A DNA stretch of 64,000 bases, from positions 3,936,001-4,000,000 of the forward strand of contig CBDETY010000003.1 in NCBI GenBank assembly GCA_965243025.1. The letters run 5' to 3'. Below, piece after piece: positions 46,884-56,426 of this stretch. The stretch is from Candidatus Latescibacterota bacterium (GTDB lineage Bacteria; Latescibacterota; UBA2968; UBA8231). The notes beneath the pieces were generated by a model. That model was not told where the DNA came from, searched no databases, and saw only the letters and a list, made by a program, of their open reading frames with translations. Within the stretch, counting starts at the first letter, position 1. Each line of letters begins with the position of its first letter. Position numbers and translations under genes: made by a program.

Positions 46884-47993
46884 ATGGCCCCCCTGCACGA
46901 AGAAAAGGTCTATCTCCTGCGCACCGGGATCGAAGGGGACACCGCCCCCTTCGCCGCCTACCGGGATCTCTCCCGCGCCGCCCTGGACGCTCTCGAACCG
47001 GCGATCCCCCCTTCCGGCCAGATCACCATCAAGCCGAACGCCACGGTGCTCTACCCCGCCGACGTCCGGGTAGTCACCCACCCCGGGTTCCTCGCCGGGA
47101 TCGCCGACTACCTGCTCGGCCGCGGAGCGGCCCCCGGCCGCCTGCTGGTCGCCGACGGACAGTCCGGGGAAAACCCGGACGAGGGGTTCACCTGGAAGGG
47201 CGCGGGGTACGCGGCCATGGCGGAGGAGCGCGGGATCCGGTTGAAGTGCCTGAACGACGAACCGACCCGGCCCGTCGCCGTGGACCATGGGGCGGTCTAC
47301 GACAGCTACCCGATCTACTCCGACGTGACCGACTGCAGCCTGCTTATCAACGCTCCCCTGGCCAAGTGCCACAACCTCGGCTGCACGACCCTCGCCATAA
47401 AGAACCTGATGGGGGTGATCGGCAGGCCGGAGCGGCACCTGTGCGCCACCCAGGCCGTCGACGAGCCGCTGGGAGAGGACCTGTGGCGCCTGACCGGGAG
47501 CGGACTCAGCCTCTTCGAGGACCGCTTCTACGACAAGCTCTGCGACCTCGTCGCCGCCGTGCGCAGCCTCGGGATGCCGCGGCTGAGCATCGTCGACGGT
47601 CTCATCGGACGGGACGGCACCGCCTTCCACGAAGGGGAGAACCACCCGCTGGGCTGGACCGTGGCCGGGGTCAACGAGGTGCACGTCGACGCGGTGGCGA
47701 CCTGGCTCATGGGGCTCGACCCCACGGTCACCCCCTACCTGCGGGCAGCCTCCGAACGGGGCCTCGGGACCGCCGACGTCAAGGAGATCGAGGTCGTCGA
47801 CCTCGCCAGCGGCGAAAGCCTCGACCGGGCGCAGCTCGCCGCGGCCCGCAGGCGGCCACCGCTGATGCCGGTCTGCCGCGGCGAAGCCGGCTACTACGAC
47901 CGCTTCCGGTCCGACGGCTCGGTGGTCCCCTGGCAGATCGACCGGATCAACGCCCGGCGCCGCGCCGACGGAGAGAGCGAAATTGCCGCCTGA
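46884..47993 (+). CDS. DUF362 domain protein
   Basis: IKPN, THP, INAPLAKCH, TLAIKNLMG, IVDG, VDAVA..LMG. Confidence 0.85.
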   Translation: MAPLHEEKVYLLRTGIEGDTAPFAAYRDLSRAALDALEPAIPPSGQITIKPNATVLYPADVRVVTHPGFLAGIADYLLGRGAAPGRLLVADGQSGENPDEGFTWKGAGYAAMAEERGIRLKCLNDEPTRPVAVDHGAVYDSYPIYSDVTDCSLLINAPLAKCHNLGCTTLAIKNLMGVIGRPERHLCATQAVDEPLGEDLWRLTGSGLSLFEDRFYDKLCDLVAAVRSLGMPRLSIVDGLIGRDGTAFHEGENHPLGWTVAGVNEVHVDAVATWLMGLDPTVTPYLRAASERGLGTADVKEIEVVDLASGESLDRAQLAAARRRPPLMPVCRGEAGYYDRFRSDGSVVPWQIDRINARRRADGESEIAA

Positions 47994-48339
47994 TGACGGC
48001 AGCGGTCCGACTCTCCCGCAGCTGCAGCGACAGGTCGACCAGTGGATTCGCACCGTCGGGATCCGCTACTACTCCGAACTGACGAACACCGCCATACTGG
48101 CGGAGGAGGTCGGGGAAGTGAGCAGGCTGATGGCCCGCCTCTACGGGGACCAGAGTTTCAAGGCGGGGGAAGAGGCGGGGTTGGCCGAGCTGGGCGCGGA
48201 AATGGCGGACGTGCTGTTCGTGCTGATCTGCCTCGCCAACCAGACCGGCGTCGATCTTCAGGAAGCCTTCGACCGGACCATGCACAAAAAGACCATCCGC
48301 GACCGCGACCGTCACGCCGGCAATCCCGGACTGCGATGA
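47983..48339 (+). CDS. MazG-like nucleotide pyrophosphohydrolase (YpjD-like)
   Basis: ILAEEVGEV, EMADVLFVLICLANQTGVDL, RDRDRH. Confidence 0.9.
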   Translation: MPPDDGSGPTLPQLQRQVDQWIRTVGIRYYSELTNTAILAEEVGEVSRLMARLYGDQSFKAGEEAGLAELGAEMADVLFVLICLANQTGVDLQEAFDRTMHKKTIRDRDRHAGNPGLR

Positions 48340-49688
48340 GGTGCGGCCTGCTCGCGGCCGTCCTGCTCGCCGGTTGCCAGTTGACCAATCCCGCCGTGAG
48401 CCGCTACGAGCCGAGCCGGCTGCCGGTGGGGGACCTGACCCTTTCGACCTGGCTTCCGGCCGGCCTCGACAGCTTCCGCTTCGACGCCGGGGACCGGCAG
48501 CTGCTCTCCGAGATCGGTTTCAATCACATCGAGTGGCTGCAGGAAGTCCGGGTCGGCGATTCGACCGCCGAGGAGGTCGCCATGTCGTTCGCCGGCGACG
48601 CCGGCCTCGGCATGCCCGTCTACTACCCGCCCCCCGGGTTCACCCGTGAGGACAAGCTGCGCGACTTCGCCGTCATGGACGGCGTCGAACCCGGTTTCGA
48701 CGCCGCCGTCCGCGAACGGGTGACGGCGCTGCGGCAGCACTGGGGCGCGGCTCCCGGTTTCACCGGCTACCTGATCGGACACGAGGATTACCGCGCCCGC
48801 TACTACGAGGCCCTGGGAGACATGGTGCGGATCCTGGGGCAGGAAGACCCCCGGCGCCCGGCGATCAGCGTCGGCAACATCGACCACTTCCCCGAGGTCG
48901 GCCGCTTCCTCGACGCCCTGTTCGCCGAGGGCGGGGCCCCCAACATCTTCCAGCACGAGCACTACATCTTCCGCGACGAGGTGCCCACCTCGGGAAGGAA
49001 GCTGCAGAAACGGCTCGACGCCCTGGTGGCGGGGTACGGGCGCCTGGCCCGTTACCTGCAGGACCGGCACGGACGCTGGCACGCCATCGTCCAGGTGCAC
49101 AGCGAAACCCGCGGGCTCGGCTCCGGCGCCTTCTACTACCGCAAGCCGACCGCCGGAGAGATCTCCGTGCAGGTCGGCCTGGCCCTGTCCCGGGGGGCTT
49201 CGGGCATCGTCTACTTCCTCTACAGCTCCGGCTGGGAGTGGATCCGCGACGACGACGGCCACCTGGTGCAGGAGCGCTTCTACGAGGGGATCGTCGACCG
49301 CGACGGCGCGCCGACGCCGACCTACGGCGCCGTCAAGAAGCTGAACGGGCAGCTCGCCGGCCTCGGCCCGCACCTGCGCGACCTGCACTTCCACGGCGGC
49401 TGGGAGGCCGGGGACCTGCCGGACAACGACCTCGTCAGCGCCAGCGATCCCGACCTCGAGCTCGGCCTCTTCGGCGACGGGACCACCGCCACCCACCTGC
49501 TGGTCGTCAACAGGCGCAGCCACCGCGGCCGGCAGGTCGGGCTGAAGCTGACGGGGCCGGCGCGCGACGCGGTGGCCGGGACCTCCCTGCCGCAAGTCCG
49601 CGGCCGCACCCTGCTCGACCTGGAACCCGGGGGGTTCAGGCTCCTCGAGGTGCAGCGAGAAAGTCCGGCGGCCGAGGCAAGTCAATAG
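48336..49688 (+). CDS. Lipoprotein with glycoside-hydrolase-like TIM barrel
   Basis: Lipobox LAGC; 'GYLIGHE', 'DPRRP', 'ALSRGASGIVYF'. Confidence 0.6.
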   Translation: MRCGLLAAVLLAGCQLTNPAVSRYEPSRLPVGDLTLSTWLPAGLDSFRFDAGDRQLLSEIGFNHIEWLQEVRVGDSTAEEVAMSFAGDAGLGMPVYYPPPGFTREDKLRDFAVMDGVEPGFDAAVRERVTALRQHWGAAPGFTGYLIGHEDYRARYYEALGDMVRILGQEDPRRPAISVGNIDHFPEVGRFLDALFAEGGAPNIFQHEHYIFRDEVPTSGRKLQKRLDALVAGYGRLARYLQDRHGRWHAIVQVHSETRGLGSGAFYYRKPTAGEISVQVGLALSRGASGIVYFLYSSGWEWIRDDDGHLVQERFYEGIVDRDGAPTPTYGAVKKLNGQLAGLGPHLRDLHFHGGWEAGDLPDNDLVSASDPDLELGLFGDGTTATHLLVVNRRSHRGRQVGLKLTGPARDAVAGTSLPQVRGRTLLDLEPGGFRLLEVQRESPAAEASQ

Positions 49689-49800
49689 TTCCCCATCGGT
49701 CTCGATCCCGGTCGATGAAGCCGGGGCAGCGTGAAAGCTTCCTTATGACACCCTCCCGAAAAACATGCTTTCCGTTGCAACCATCGCCGGGGAGGATTCC

Positions 49801-52752
49801 ATGCCGCCCGCGAGCCTGCTGACCACAGTCGTCCTGGCGGCCCTGATCGCCGCCCCGGCGTTCGCTCAGCAAAGCCCCCCCGGCCTGGACTGGCGGCGCA
49901 TCCGGACGGAGCGGTTCAACGTCATTTTCCCCGCGGCGATCACCGAAGATGCCCAGCGCGCAGCCAATACGCTCGAGCACATCTACGGCCCGGTCTCCAA
50001 GACCCTGAAGGGTCCCCGGAAGCGGCTGGACGTGGTGCTGGCCAACCAGTCGGCTCAGGCCAACGGCTTCGTCGCCCTGGCGCCGCGCCGCAGCGTCTGG
50101 TTCAGCACCCCGCCCCAGGACGCGGGGCGGCTCAGCGGCGATTGGTACCAGCTGCTGGCCGTCCACGAGATGCGCCACGTGGTGCAGTTCGACCGCATGC
50201 GCCGGGGCCTGGTCCGCCTGGCCTGGCTCTTCTTCGGCGAACAGGGCCACTCCATTGCGGGATTGCTGGTGCCGCCGTGGTTCTGGGAAGGGGATGCGGT
50301 GGGAATCGAGACGGCATTGAGCCGGACCGGTCGCGGGCGCATACCCCGGTTCGGACTGCACATCCGCGCCCTGCTTCTGGAGGGACGGCGCTACTCCTAC
50401 TACAAGGCCCACCACCGCTCGTACCGCGACTGGTACCCCGGTCACTATCCGCTGGGGTATTTCCTGACGACCTACGTCAAGCGCCGCCATGGCGCCGGGA
50501 CCTGGGACAAGGTGCTGGGCCGCACCGCCCGTTGGGGGTTCCATCCCTTTGCCTTCAGCCGCGCCCTCGGGAAGTACACCGGGGCCAGCGCCGCCCGCAC
50601 CTACGAGCGCACCATGGACGAGCTGGCCGGGCTGTGGCGGACCCGGCAGGAAGGCCTTCCCACGACGCCGTTGCGATTGCTCGCCGGGCAGAGCAGGCCG
50701 GGGGTCTGGACAAACTACGAGTACCCGCAACCCCTGGCCGACGGCAGCGTGCTGGCGAGCAAGAGCGGCCTCGCCGACCCGTGGACGCTGGTTCGCCTGC
50801 ACCCCGGCGGCCGCGAGGAACGCCTGCGCTTCTACCAGTCCCTCGGCGGCATCCGCGCCGGCGGCGGCCTGGCGGCCTGGAACCGCTCCACCCCGGACCG
50901 GCGCTGGGGCTTCCGCGACTTCTCCGACGTGGTGGTGCTGGACATCGACAGCGGCCGCATGCGCCAAATCACCCGGAAGGCCAGGCTGTTCGCGCCTGCT
51001 CCTTCTCCCGACGGCGCACGCGTTGCGGCCGTCGAGTTCGGACCGGACCGGCGCTGCCACCTCGTGCTGCTGGAGACTGCCAGCGGCGCCGGGCAGGCCC
51101 GTTTCCCGGCGCCCGACGGGGTCTTCTGGCGCACTCCGGCATGGTCGCCGGACGGGCGCCATATCGCCGTGGTGCGGCAGGACGAACAGGGCAACGCCCT
51201 GGAGCTCATCGACCTTGCCGACGGCCGGGGACGGATCGTGCTGCCGCACACCCACGCCGACATCGGCTGGCCGGTTTTCTGGGGTTCCTACCTGCTGTTC
51301 GACTCACCCCAAGGGGGCATCGACAACATCCACGCCGTCCACATGCCGGACGGGGCCCGCTACCGGGTGACCTCCCGGCCGCTGGCGGCCACCCACGCGG
51401 CGGTTGCCGGCGATTCGCTCCTGTTCCAGGAGTACACCGTCGACGGCTACCGCGTCGCCGCAATGCTCCTGGACCCGGCGGCCTGGACGCCGGCCGGGCA
51501 GGCCCCCGACCGCCAGTTGCGGTATTTCGAACCGCTGATCGACCAGGAGCAGGGCGGCCCCGTGCTGGCGGACATTCCGCAGCGGGTCTATCCGGTGAGC
51601 CGCTACCGGCCGCTGGGCAATCTGCTCAACGTCCACAGTTGGTCCTTCAGTCCCTTGCCGCCGTCTTATGCCCTGAGTCTCACCTCCAACGATCTTCTCG
51701 ACCTCAGCAGCATGCGAGGCGGGGTCGAATACAACAGCAACGAGAGCGCTTTCAGCGTCCTGGGGGATTTCAGCCTGGCGGCGTGGTATCCCGTTTTCAG
51801 CTTCGGCGGGCGCTGGGGCGAGCGGGCAGGAGAGTACGTGCTCAAAACGCGAGAGGTGGAAGACGGCAGCCTCGAGGTCACCGAGACAGAAGAGACGGAC
51901 AGGTGGAGCGAGAAGAGCCTGAGCGCCGGCGTCGACCTGCCCCTGAATCTGTCCCGCGGCCCCTGGCAGTCTTCCATCCAGTTGAGCGCCCGGGCGGAAT
52001 GGACCGATATCGCCGGCAGGGACGACCTCAACCGGCCCGGGGACGACCTCTACTGGCCGGACCCGGGCAGCCTGGAACAGGCAGTCCGGGACACCCTCAC
52101 CAAAAACCACAACGGGCGTTTCGCCCCGCTGACCTGGCGGCTGGTCTTCGCGCGGTCGCGCCACTCCGCGCCGCGCGACCTGGCCCCGGCCCGGGGGCAG
52201 GGCCTGATGCTGACCTGGCGCCACACCCCCTTTGCGGGGGACTTCGCCGGCACCTTGCTGTCGGGGCGGCTGCGACTGCTCTTCCCCGGCATGGCGGCTC
52301 ATCACAGCCTGCGGGTGGCCGGCGGTTACGAATGGCAGGATCCGGGCGCGGCCGATGCCCTCCCCTACCGCTTTGCCAGCGAACAGACCTTTGTCCGCGG
52401 CTACGGCTACCGCTTCCACCGCCGCTTTCTCCGGGGCACGGCCGACTATGGGCTGCCGCTGTTCTACCCGGACTGGAACCTGGGGGCGCTGGCGTTCTTC
52501 CAGCGGGTCAAGGTCAGCTTCTTTTACGATTACGGACGCGGCGAGGGGGGCTTCCGGCCTCCCAGGACCTACCAGACCGCCGGCGCCGAGCTGACCGCCG
52601 ATTTCAACCTCTTCTCGCTGCCGGTTCCCCTGGATATGGGCCTGCGCTGCACCCGCCGTTTCGAAGAGGGGGACTGGCACTTCGGAGCTGTGGTGAATCT
52701 TCCCGGCTCTTCCGGTTTCGCCGGCAGTGTTCTCTCTGGATTCACCCCCTGA
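49801..52752 (+). CDS. Outer-membrane protein: N-terminal HExxH peptidase-like domain, TolB-like propeller, C-terminal beta-barrel
   Basis: Signal peptide; HEMRH + PWFWEGDA; 'P.WSPDG' PD40 repeats; VRGY motif and amphipathic C-terminal strands. Confidence 0.75.
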   Translation: MPPASLLTTVVLAALIAAPAFAQQSPPGLDWRRIRTERFNVIFPAAITEDAQRAANTLEHIYGPVSKTLKGPRKRLDVVLANQSAQANGFVALAPRRSVWFSTPPQDAGRLSGDWYQLLAVHEMRHVVQFDRMRRGLVRLAWLFFGEQGHSIAGLLVPPWFWEGDAVGIETALSRTGRGRIPRFGLHIRALLLEGRRYSYYKAHHRSYRDWYPGHYPLGYFLTTYVKRRHGAGTWDKVLGRTARWGFHPFAFSRALGKYTGASAARTYERTMDELAGLWRTRQEGLPTTPLRLLAGQSRPGVWTNYEYPQPLADGSVLASKSGLADPWTLVRLHPGGREERLRFYQSLGGIRAGGGLAAWNRSTPDRRWGFRDFSDVVVLDIDSGRMRQITRKARLFAPAPSPDGARVAAVEFGPDRRCHLVLLETASGAGQARFPAPDGVFWRTPAWSPDGRHIAVVRQDEQGNALELIDLADGRGRIVLPHTHADIGWPVFWGSYLLFDSPQGGIDNIHAVHMPDGARYRVTSRPLAATHAAVAGDSLLFQEYTVDGYRVAAMLLDPAAWTPAGQAPDRQLRYFEPLIDQEQGGPVLADIPQRVYPVSRYRPLGNLLNVHSWSFSPLPPSYALSLTSNDLLDLSSMRGGVEYNSNESAFSVLGDFSLAAWYPVFSFGGRWGERAGEYVLKTREVEDGSLEVTETEETDRWSEKSLSAGVDLPLNLSRGPWQSSIQLSARAEWTDIAGRDDLNRPGDDLYWPDPGSLEQAVRDTLTKNHNGRFAPLTWRLVFARSRHSAPRDLAPARGQGLMLTWRHTPFAGDFAGTLLSGRLRLLFPGMAAHHSLRVAGGYEWQDPGAADALPYRFASEQTFVRGYGYRFHRRFLRGTADYGLPLFYPDWNLGALAFFQRVKVSFFYDYGRGEGGFRPPRTYQTAGAELTADFNLFSLPVPLDMGLRCTRRFEEGDWHFGAVVNLPGSSGFAGSVLSGFTP

Positions 52753-52838
52753 CCGGTGATCCGGCGCTTTCGGGCTCCGAGCCGACCGGACCGGCTCGAC
52801 CAGGTATCGGGCGGAGCCGCGCCGGAAACCGTTCTCCC

Positions 52839-54224
52839 ATGAACCCATCGCAGCCCGAACACCACACGGCCATCATCGTCGGCGGCGGACCCGCCGGCCT
52901 GGCGCTGGCTGTCGTGCTCGGGGGCTGGCACCCGCACTTTCGGGAAAGCCCGATCCTGCGGCAGCGGTACCCGCAGCTGGCAGATTTCCTGGCCCGGACC
53001 AGGGGAACCCTGCTGGGAATGGACTTCCGCAGCCTCGCCCCGCAGCTGGCCCCCGTCGACCTGTTCCGCATCCTCCACCACCCGAGGCAGCTGTTCGAGA
53101 ACCTCGCCCAGATCGCCATGGAGTTCCGCTCCGGCCCCGCCCTCGACTACCTGCTGATAACCCAGGAGGAGGTTGGCGGGGTGTGGAACAAGGTCCCGCA
53201 GAACCTGCTGACCCTGTCGCCGGGGCAGTGGATGGAGCTCGCCTTCCATCCCCTGGCGCAGCACGTCGAGGAGCGGTCCGTCGACCTCGACGACGTCAAC
53301 GACCTTATCCTCAAGCGCCACCTCGTCGACTACTACCGGGCGATTCCCGAACGCTTCGGACAGGAGTCCCGCATGCGCACCAACGAGCGCGTCGAGCGCA
53401 TCGAGCCCCACGAGGAGGGGTTCATGCTGACGACGCGGGACGTCTCCGGCTGGCACCGCCGGCGGCAGGCCCTGGGCACGAGGTCGGCCCCGGTGCCGCA
53501 GCCGTTCGAGAATCCTGGGGGCGGCCAGCTGCGCCGCTACACCTGCCGCTACCTCGTCTACGCCGCCGGGCAGCGCTGCATCCTGCGGCGGCTCGGGATC
53601 CCGGGGGAAGAGCTGCCCGGCGTGCACTGCTATTTCGACAAGGCGGAGGATTTCCCCGGGGAGCGGGTGCTCGTGATCGGCGGCGGCCGCTCCGCCGACT
53701 GGGCGGCCACCGAGCTCCACGACGCCGGCAGAAAGGTCTGCTACGCGATGCGTCAGCCCCGGGAGCGGCATTGGCGCCTCATCGGCGACAGCCGCGGGGG
53801 CCTTCCCTACTACGCCCGCATCGCCGAAATCATGGAGGGGGACCGGAGGCGGTTCGAAGCGCTCTACGAAACGCGGGCGGCGAAATTCGCTCCGTCGGGC
53901 GATGCGATCCTGGCGACCCTGGCGGGCAACGGCTCCGAGCGCCGCCTCGAGGTCGATCACGTCGTCAAGGAGATCGGCGGCTGGCCGGACTACTCGGTTT
54001 TCCAGGGATTCCCGCCGCTGCGCCTGTTCGAGAAGCACGACCCGTACCGGTTCCAGGTGCACCAGATGCGCACGCACCCCCACAACTACGAGTCGATCGA
54101 CGTCCCCGACCTGTACGCCGGGGGCTACCTCGCCCAGGACATCGGGCTGGTGGTGATCGCCATGCACGGAACGACCTACGCCATAGCGGGAGACATCCTG
54201 CAGAAGGAGAGGATGATACCATGA
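52839..54224 (+). CDS. FAD/NAD(P)-dependent oxidoreductase, OSGIN-like
   Basis: IVGGGPAG, GGVW....LTLSPGQWMEL, RRLGIPGE, VLVIGGGRSAD. Confidence 0.75.
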   Translation: MNPSQPEHHTAIIVGGGPAGLALAVVLGGWHPHFRESPILRQRYPQLADFLARTRGTLLGMDFRSLAPQLAPVDLFRILHHPRQLFENLAQIAMEFRSGPALDYLLITQEEVGGVWNKVPQNLLTLSPGQWMELAFHPLAQHVEERSVDLDDVNDLILKRHLVDYYRAIPERFGQESRMRTNERVERIEPHEEGFMLTTRDVSGWHRRRQALGTRSAPVPQPFENPGGGQLRRYTCRYLVYAAGQRCILRRLGIPGEELPGVHCYFDKAEDFPGERVLVIGGGRSADWAATELHDAGRKVCYAMRQPRERHWRLIGDSRGGLPYYARIAEIMEGDRRRFEALYETRAAKFAPSGDAILATLAGNGSERRLEVDHVVKEIGGWPDYSVFQGFPPLRLFEKHDPYRFQVHQMRTHPHNYESIDVPDLYAGGYLAQDIGLVVIAMHGTTYAIAGDILQKERMIP

Positions 54225-55117
54225 TCGTCGACGTCCACACCCATCCGCCGCTCTACAAGGACCCCCTCACCGGTGCGCCGGACCAGTACAACCACGTCTG
54301 GCGCCCCGACCGGGCGGTCAAGGTGACCACCTGCTGGGACGACTACCTCGAAGCCCAGGAGCCGGCGGAGAAGTCGATCGTCTTCAGCATCGCCACCAAC
54401 CCGGGAGGAGAGCAGCCGAAGCTGCCCGGACTGGATGTGCCGGAGCAGGAGCCCTGGTACCGGGGCAACCTCAACGACGGCATCGCCGCCTTCGTCGCCG
54501 CCCACCCGGAGCGCCTGATCGGCTTCATGACCCTGCACCCGTACGACCCGGGCGCGCTCGAGGAGCTGGAGCGCTGCCACGGCGACCTCGGCCTCGCCGG
54601 CGTCAAGCAGGGGGCCAACTACCAGAACTTCGACCCGTTCGACCCCCGCGCCCTGGCGATCTACGCCGAGGCGGAGAGACGGGGCCTGCCGCTGATGCTG
54701 CACCAGGGGACCTCGCCCATCCGCGACGCCCCGATCCGCTACGCCCACCCGCTGCTCATCGACGAGCTTGCCACCCGCTACCCGGAGCTGAAGATCATCA
54801 TGGCCCACCTCGGCCATCCCTGGCAGACCGAGACCTGCGTCGTGGTGCGCAAGCACCCCAACGTCTACACCGACCTGTCGGGGAACTTCTACCGCCCGTT
54901 CTCGTTCTGGGAGCAGATGATCAAGGCGACGGAGTGGAACGTGCTCGACAAGATCCTTTTCGGGTCCGACTACCCGATCGCCACGGCGCGGGAGACCGTC
55001 GACCACATCCGCCGGGTCAACGACATCGTCGAGGGGACGAAGCTGCCCCGGGTGCCGGAGGACAGGCTCGAGGAGATCATCCACCGTGACAGCCTGGGAA
55101 TTCTGGGGCTCGGCTGA
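54221..55117 (+). CDS. Amidohydrolase_2 family protein
   Basis: DVHTH, HQG, IIMAHLGHP, ILFGSDYP. Confidence 0.88.
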   Translation: MIVDVHTHPPLYKDPLTGAPDQYNHVWRPDRAVKVTTCWDDYLEAQEPAEKSIVFSIATNPGGEQPKLPGLDVPEQEPWYRGNLNDGIAAFVAAHPERLIGFMTLHPYDPGALEELERCHGDLGLAGVKQGANYQNFDPFDPRALAIYAEAERRGLPLMLHQGTSPIRDAPIRYAHPLLIDELATRYPELKIIMAHLGHPWQTETCVVVRKHPNVYTDLSGNFYRPFSFWEQMIKATEWNVLDKILFGSDYPIATARETVDHIRRVNDIVEGTKLPRVPEDRLEEIIHRDSLGILGLG

Positions 55118-55229
55118 TTGCAGGGGAAGGTGGTGTTGCGACTGGGTGCCTGGCGCGGAAGGTTGGCTGCACCATTGTTGTCCCAAGGCACCGCACGGTG
55201 TCGCCGGGCGTTGCCCGGTCCATTGCAAT

Positions 55230-55448
55230 CCGGACCCGAGCTCCCTTGAGGCTGTTGATGTTCCTGCCGACAGCACCTTGTCCACGATCCTGCTGGTTCG
55301 CCCGTCTCGCAGCCGCTCTGTCCGGCTCAACCTCGTGGTCGATGCCGGCGTGGCCACTGTAATCAACTCGGAAGCCAGGCGCCGCGGCATGACCCGCAAG
55401 AGCTACGTGGAGTGGATGGTCAGGCGCACCGCTCAGATGGGCGGATAA
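55230..55448 (+). pseudogene. Probable C-terminal fragment of a HicB-like antitoxin (RHH)
   Basis: 'PDPSSLE...LVRP...VRLNLVVD.G....I..EARRRGMTR' resembles HicB C-termini; no credible N-terminus or HicA gene. Confidence 0.4.
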
Positions 55449-55488
55449 GTCGACTGCATTCAGGGGGTCAACGGCATCGTCGAGGGGA

Positions 55489-55767
55489 TTACGCTCCGGA
55501 GTGGCCGAGGTCCTTGTCCGGGCTGACGCGGTCCCGCACCAGTTGCTTGAGCTCCTTCATCTCCGGGAAGCGGCCGCGTTCCTCACGCGACCAGACCAGC
55601 TCCCCGCCGACGCGCACCTCGAAGACGCCGGGGTCGCCCGGCACCAGCGCCACCTCGCCGAGCTCTTCGGCGAACGTGGTCAGCAGCTCCTGGGCGGTCC
55701 AGGCGGCCCGCAGCAGCCACCGGCACTTGACGCAGTACCTGATTTCGACGCGGGGCGTGTGAATCAT
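55489..55767 (-). CDS. SelW/Rdx family thioredoxin-like protein
   Basis: IRYCVKCRWLLRAAW.AQELL, G.FEV, FPE.KELKQLVRD. Confidence 0.9.
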   Translation of the reverse strand: MIHTPRVEIRYCVKCRWLLRAAWTAQELLTTFAEELGEVALVPGDPGVFEVRVGGELVWSREERGRFPEMKELKQLVRDRVSPDKDLGHSGA

Positions 55768-56420
55768 GCCTGAAGGGTCTCCAGCCAGGTACGCATCCGC
55801 GCCGGATCCTCGCCGAACATCAGCGACCCCGGGACGATGAAGTCGGCGCCGGCCGCGGCGATCTGCGGCACGGTGTGGCGGCGGATTCCCCCGTCCGCCT
55901 CGACCAGGGTACGGTGGCCGCCGCCGTCGATGGCGGCGCGGCAGCGGCGGATGCGCCCGGGGACCGCCGGGTCCATGTCCGCTCCCTTGATGCCGATCTC
56001 GGTGCCGACGACGGTGACGGTGTCGAGCTGCGGCCAGAACGGGTCCACTACACCGGGGTCGTCGCCGAGGGCCAGGGAGATTCCCGGAAGGGCCCCGGCC
56101 TCGCGCACCGCGGCGATCGTTTCGGGGATGCCGCTGCCGGTTCCGGGGTAGAAGATGACGACGTCAGCCCCGGCGGAGACGAACGGCTCCACCCAGATCA
56201 GCGGGTCGCGGGTGATCAGGTGAACCTCGAACGGCAGCCGGGTGTGCGGCCGCAGCGCGGCCACGAGATCGGGGAAGAACAGCATGGTGTCGACGAGGCG
56301 GCCGTCGGCGGCGTCGAGGTGGAAGCGCTCGCAGTACGGCTCGACGCGGCGGATCTCTTCGGCAAGCCGCGACAGGTCCGCGGACCAGAGGGAAGCCGAG
56401 CAGCGAAGCCTGCGCGCCAT
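55764..56420 (-). CDS. Ribulose-phosphate 3-epimerase family protein
   Basis: SLWSAD, HLD..DG, EVHL, EADGGI, GAD.IVPGS. Confidence 0.85.
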   Translation of the reverse strand: MARRLRCSASLWSADLSRLAEEIRRVEPYCERFHLDAADGRLVDTMLFFPDLVAALRPHTRLPFEVHLITRDPLIWVEPFVSAGADVVIFYPGTGSGIPETIAAVREAGALPGISLALGDDPGVVDPFWPQLDTVTVVGTEIGIKGADMDPAVPGRIRRCRAAIDGGGHRTLVEADGGIRRHTVPQIAAAGADFIVPGSLMFGEDPARMRTWLETLQA

Positions 56421-56426
56421 CGCCGC

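Noticed and set aside
50142-52838. Apparent 1360-aa ORF, and similar long Arg/Pro/Gly-rich ORFs (e.g. 7060-9498, 2986-5193, 1457-3331)
   Set aside because: These are shadow frames of GC-rich real genes; only the 3' part from 52839 is protein-like.
55489-55767. Possible selenoprotein
   Set aside because: The motif is CxxC encoded by Cys codons, with no in-frame TGA.
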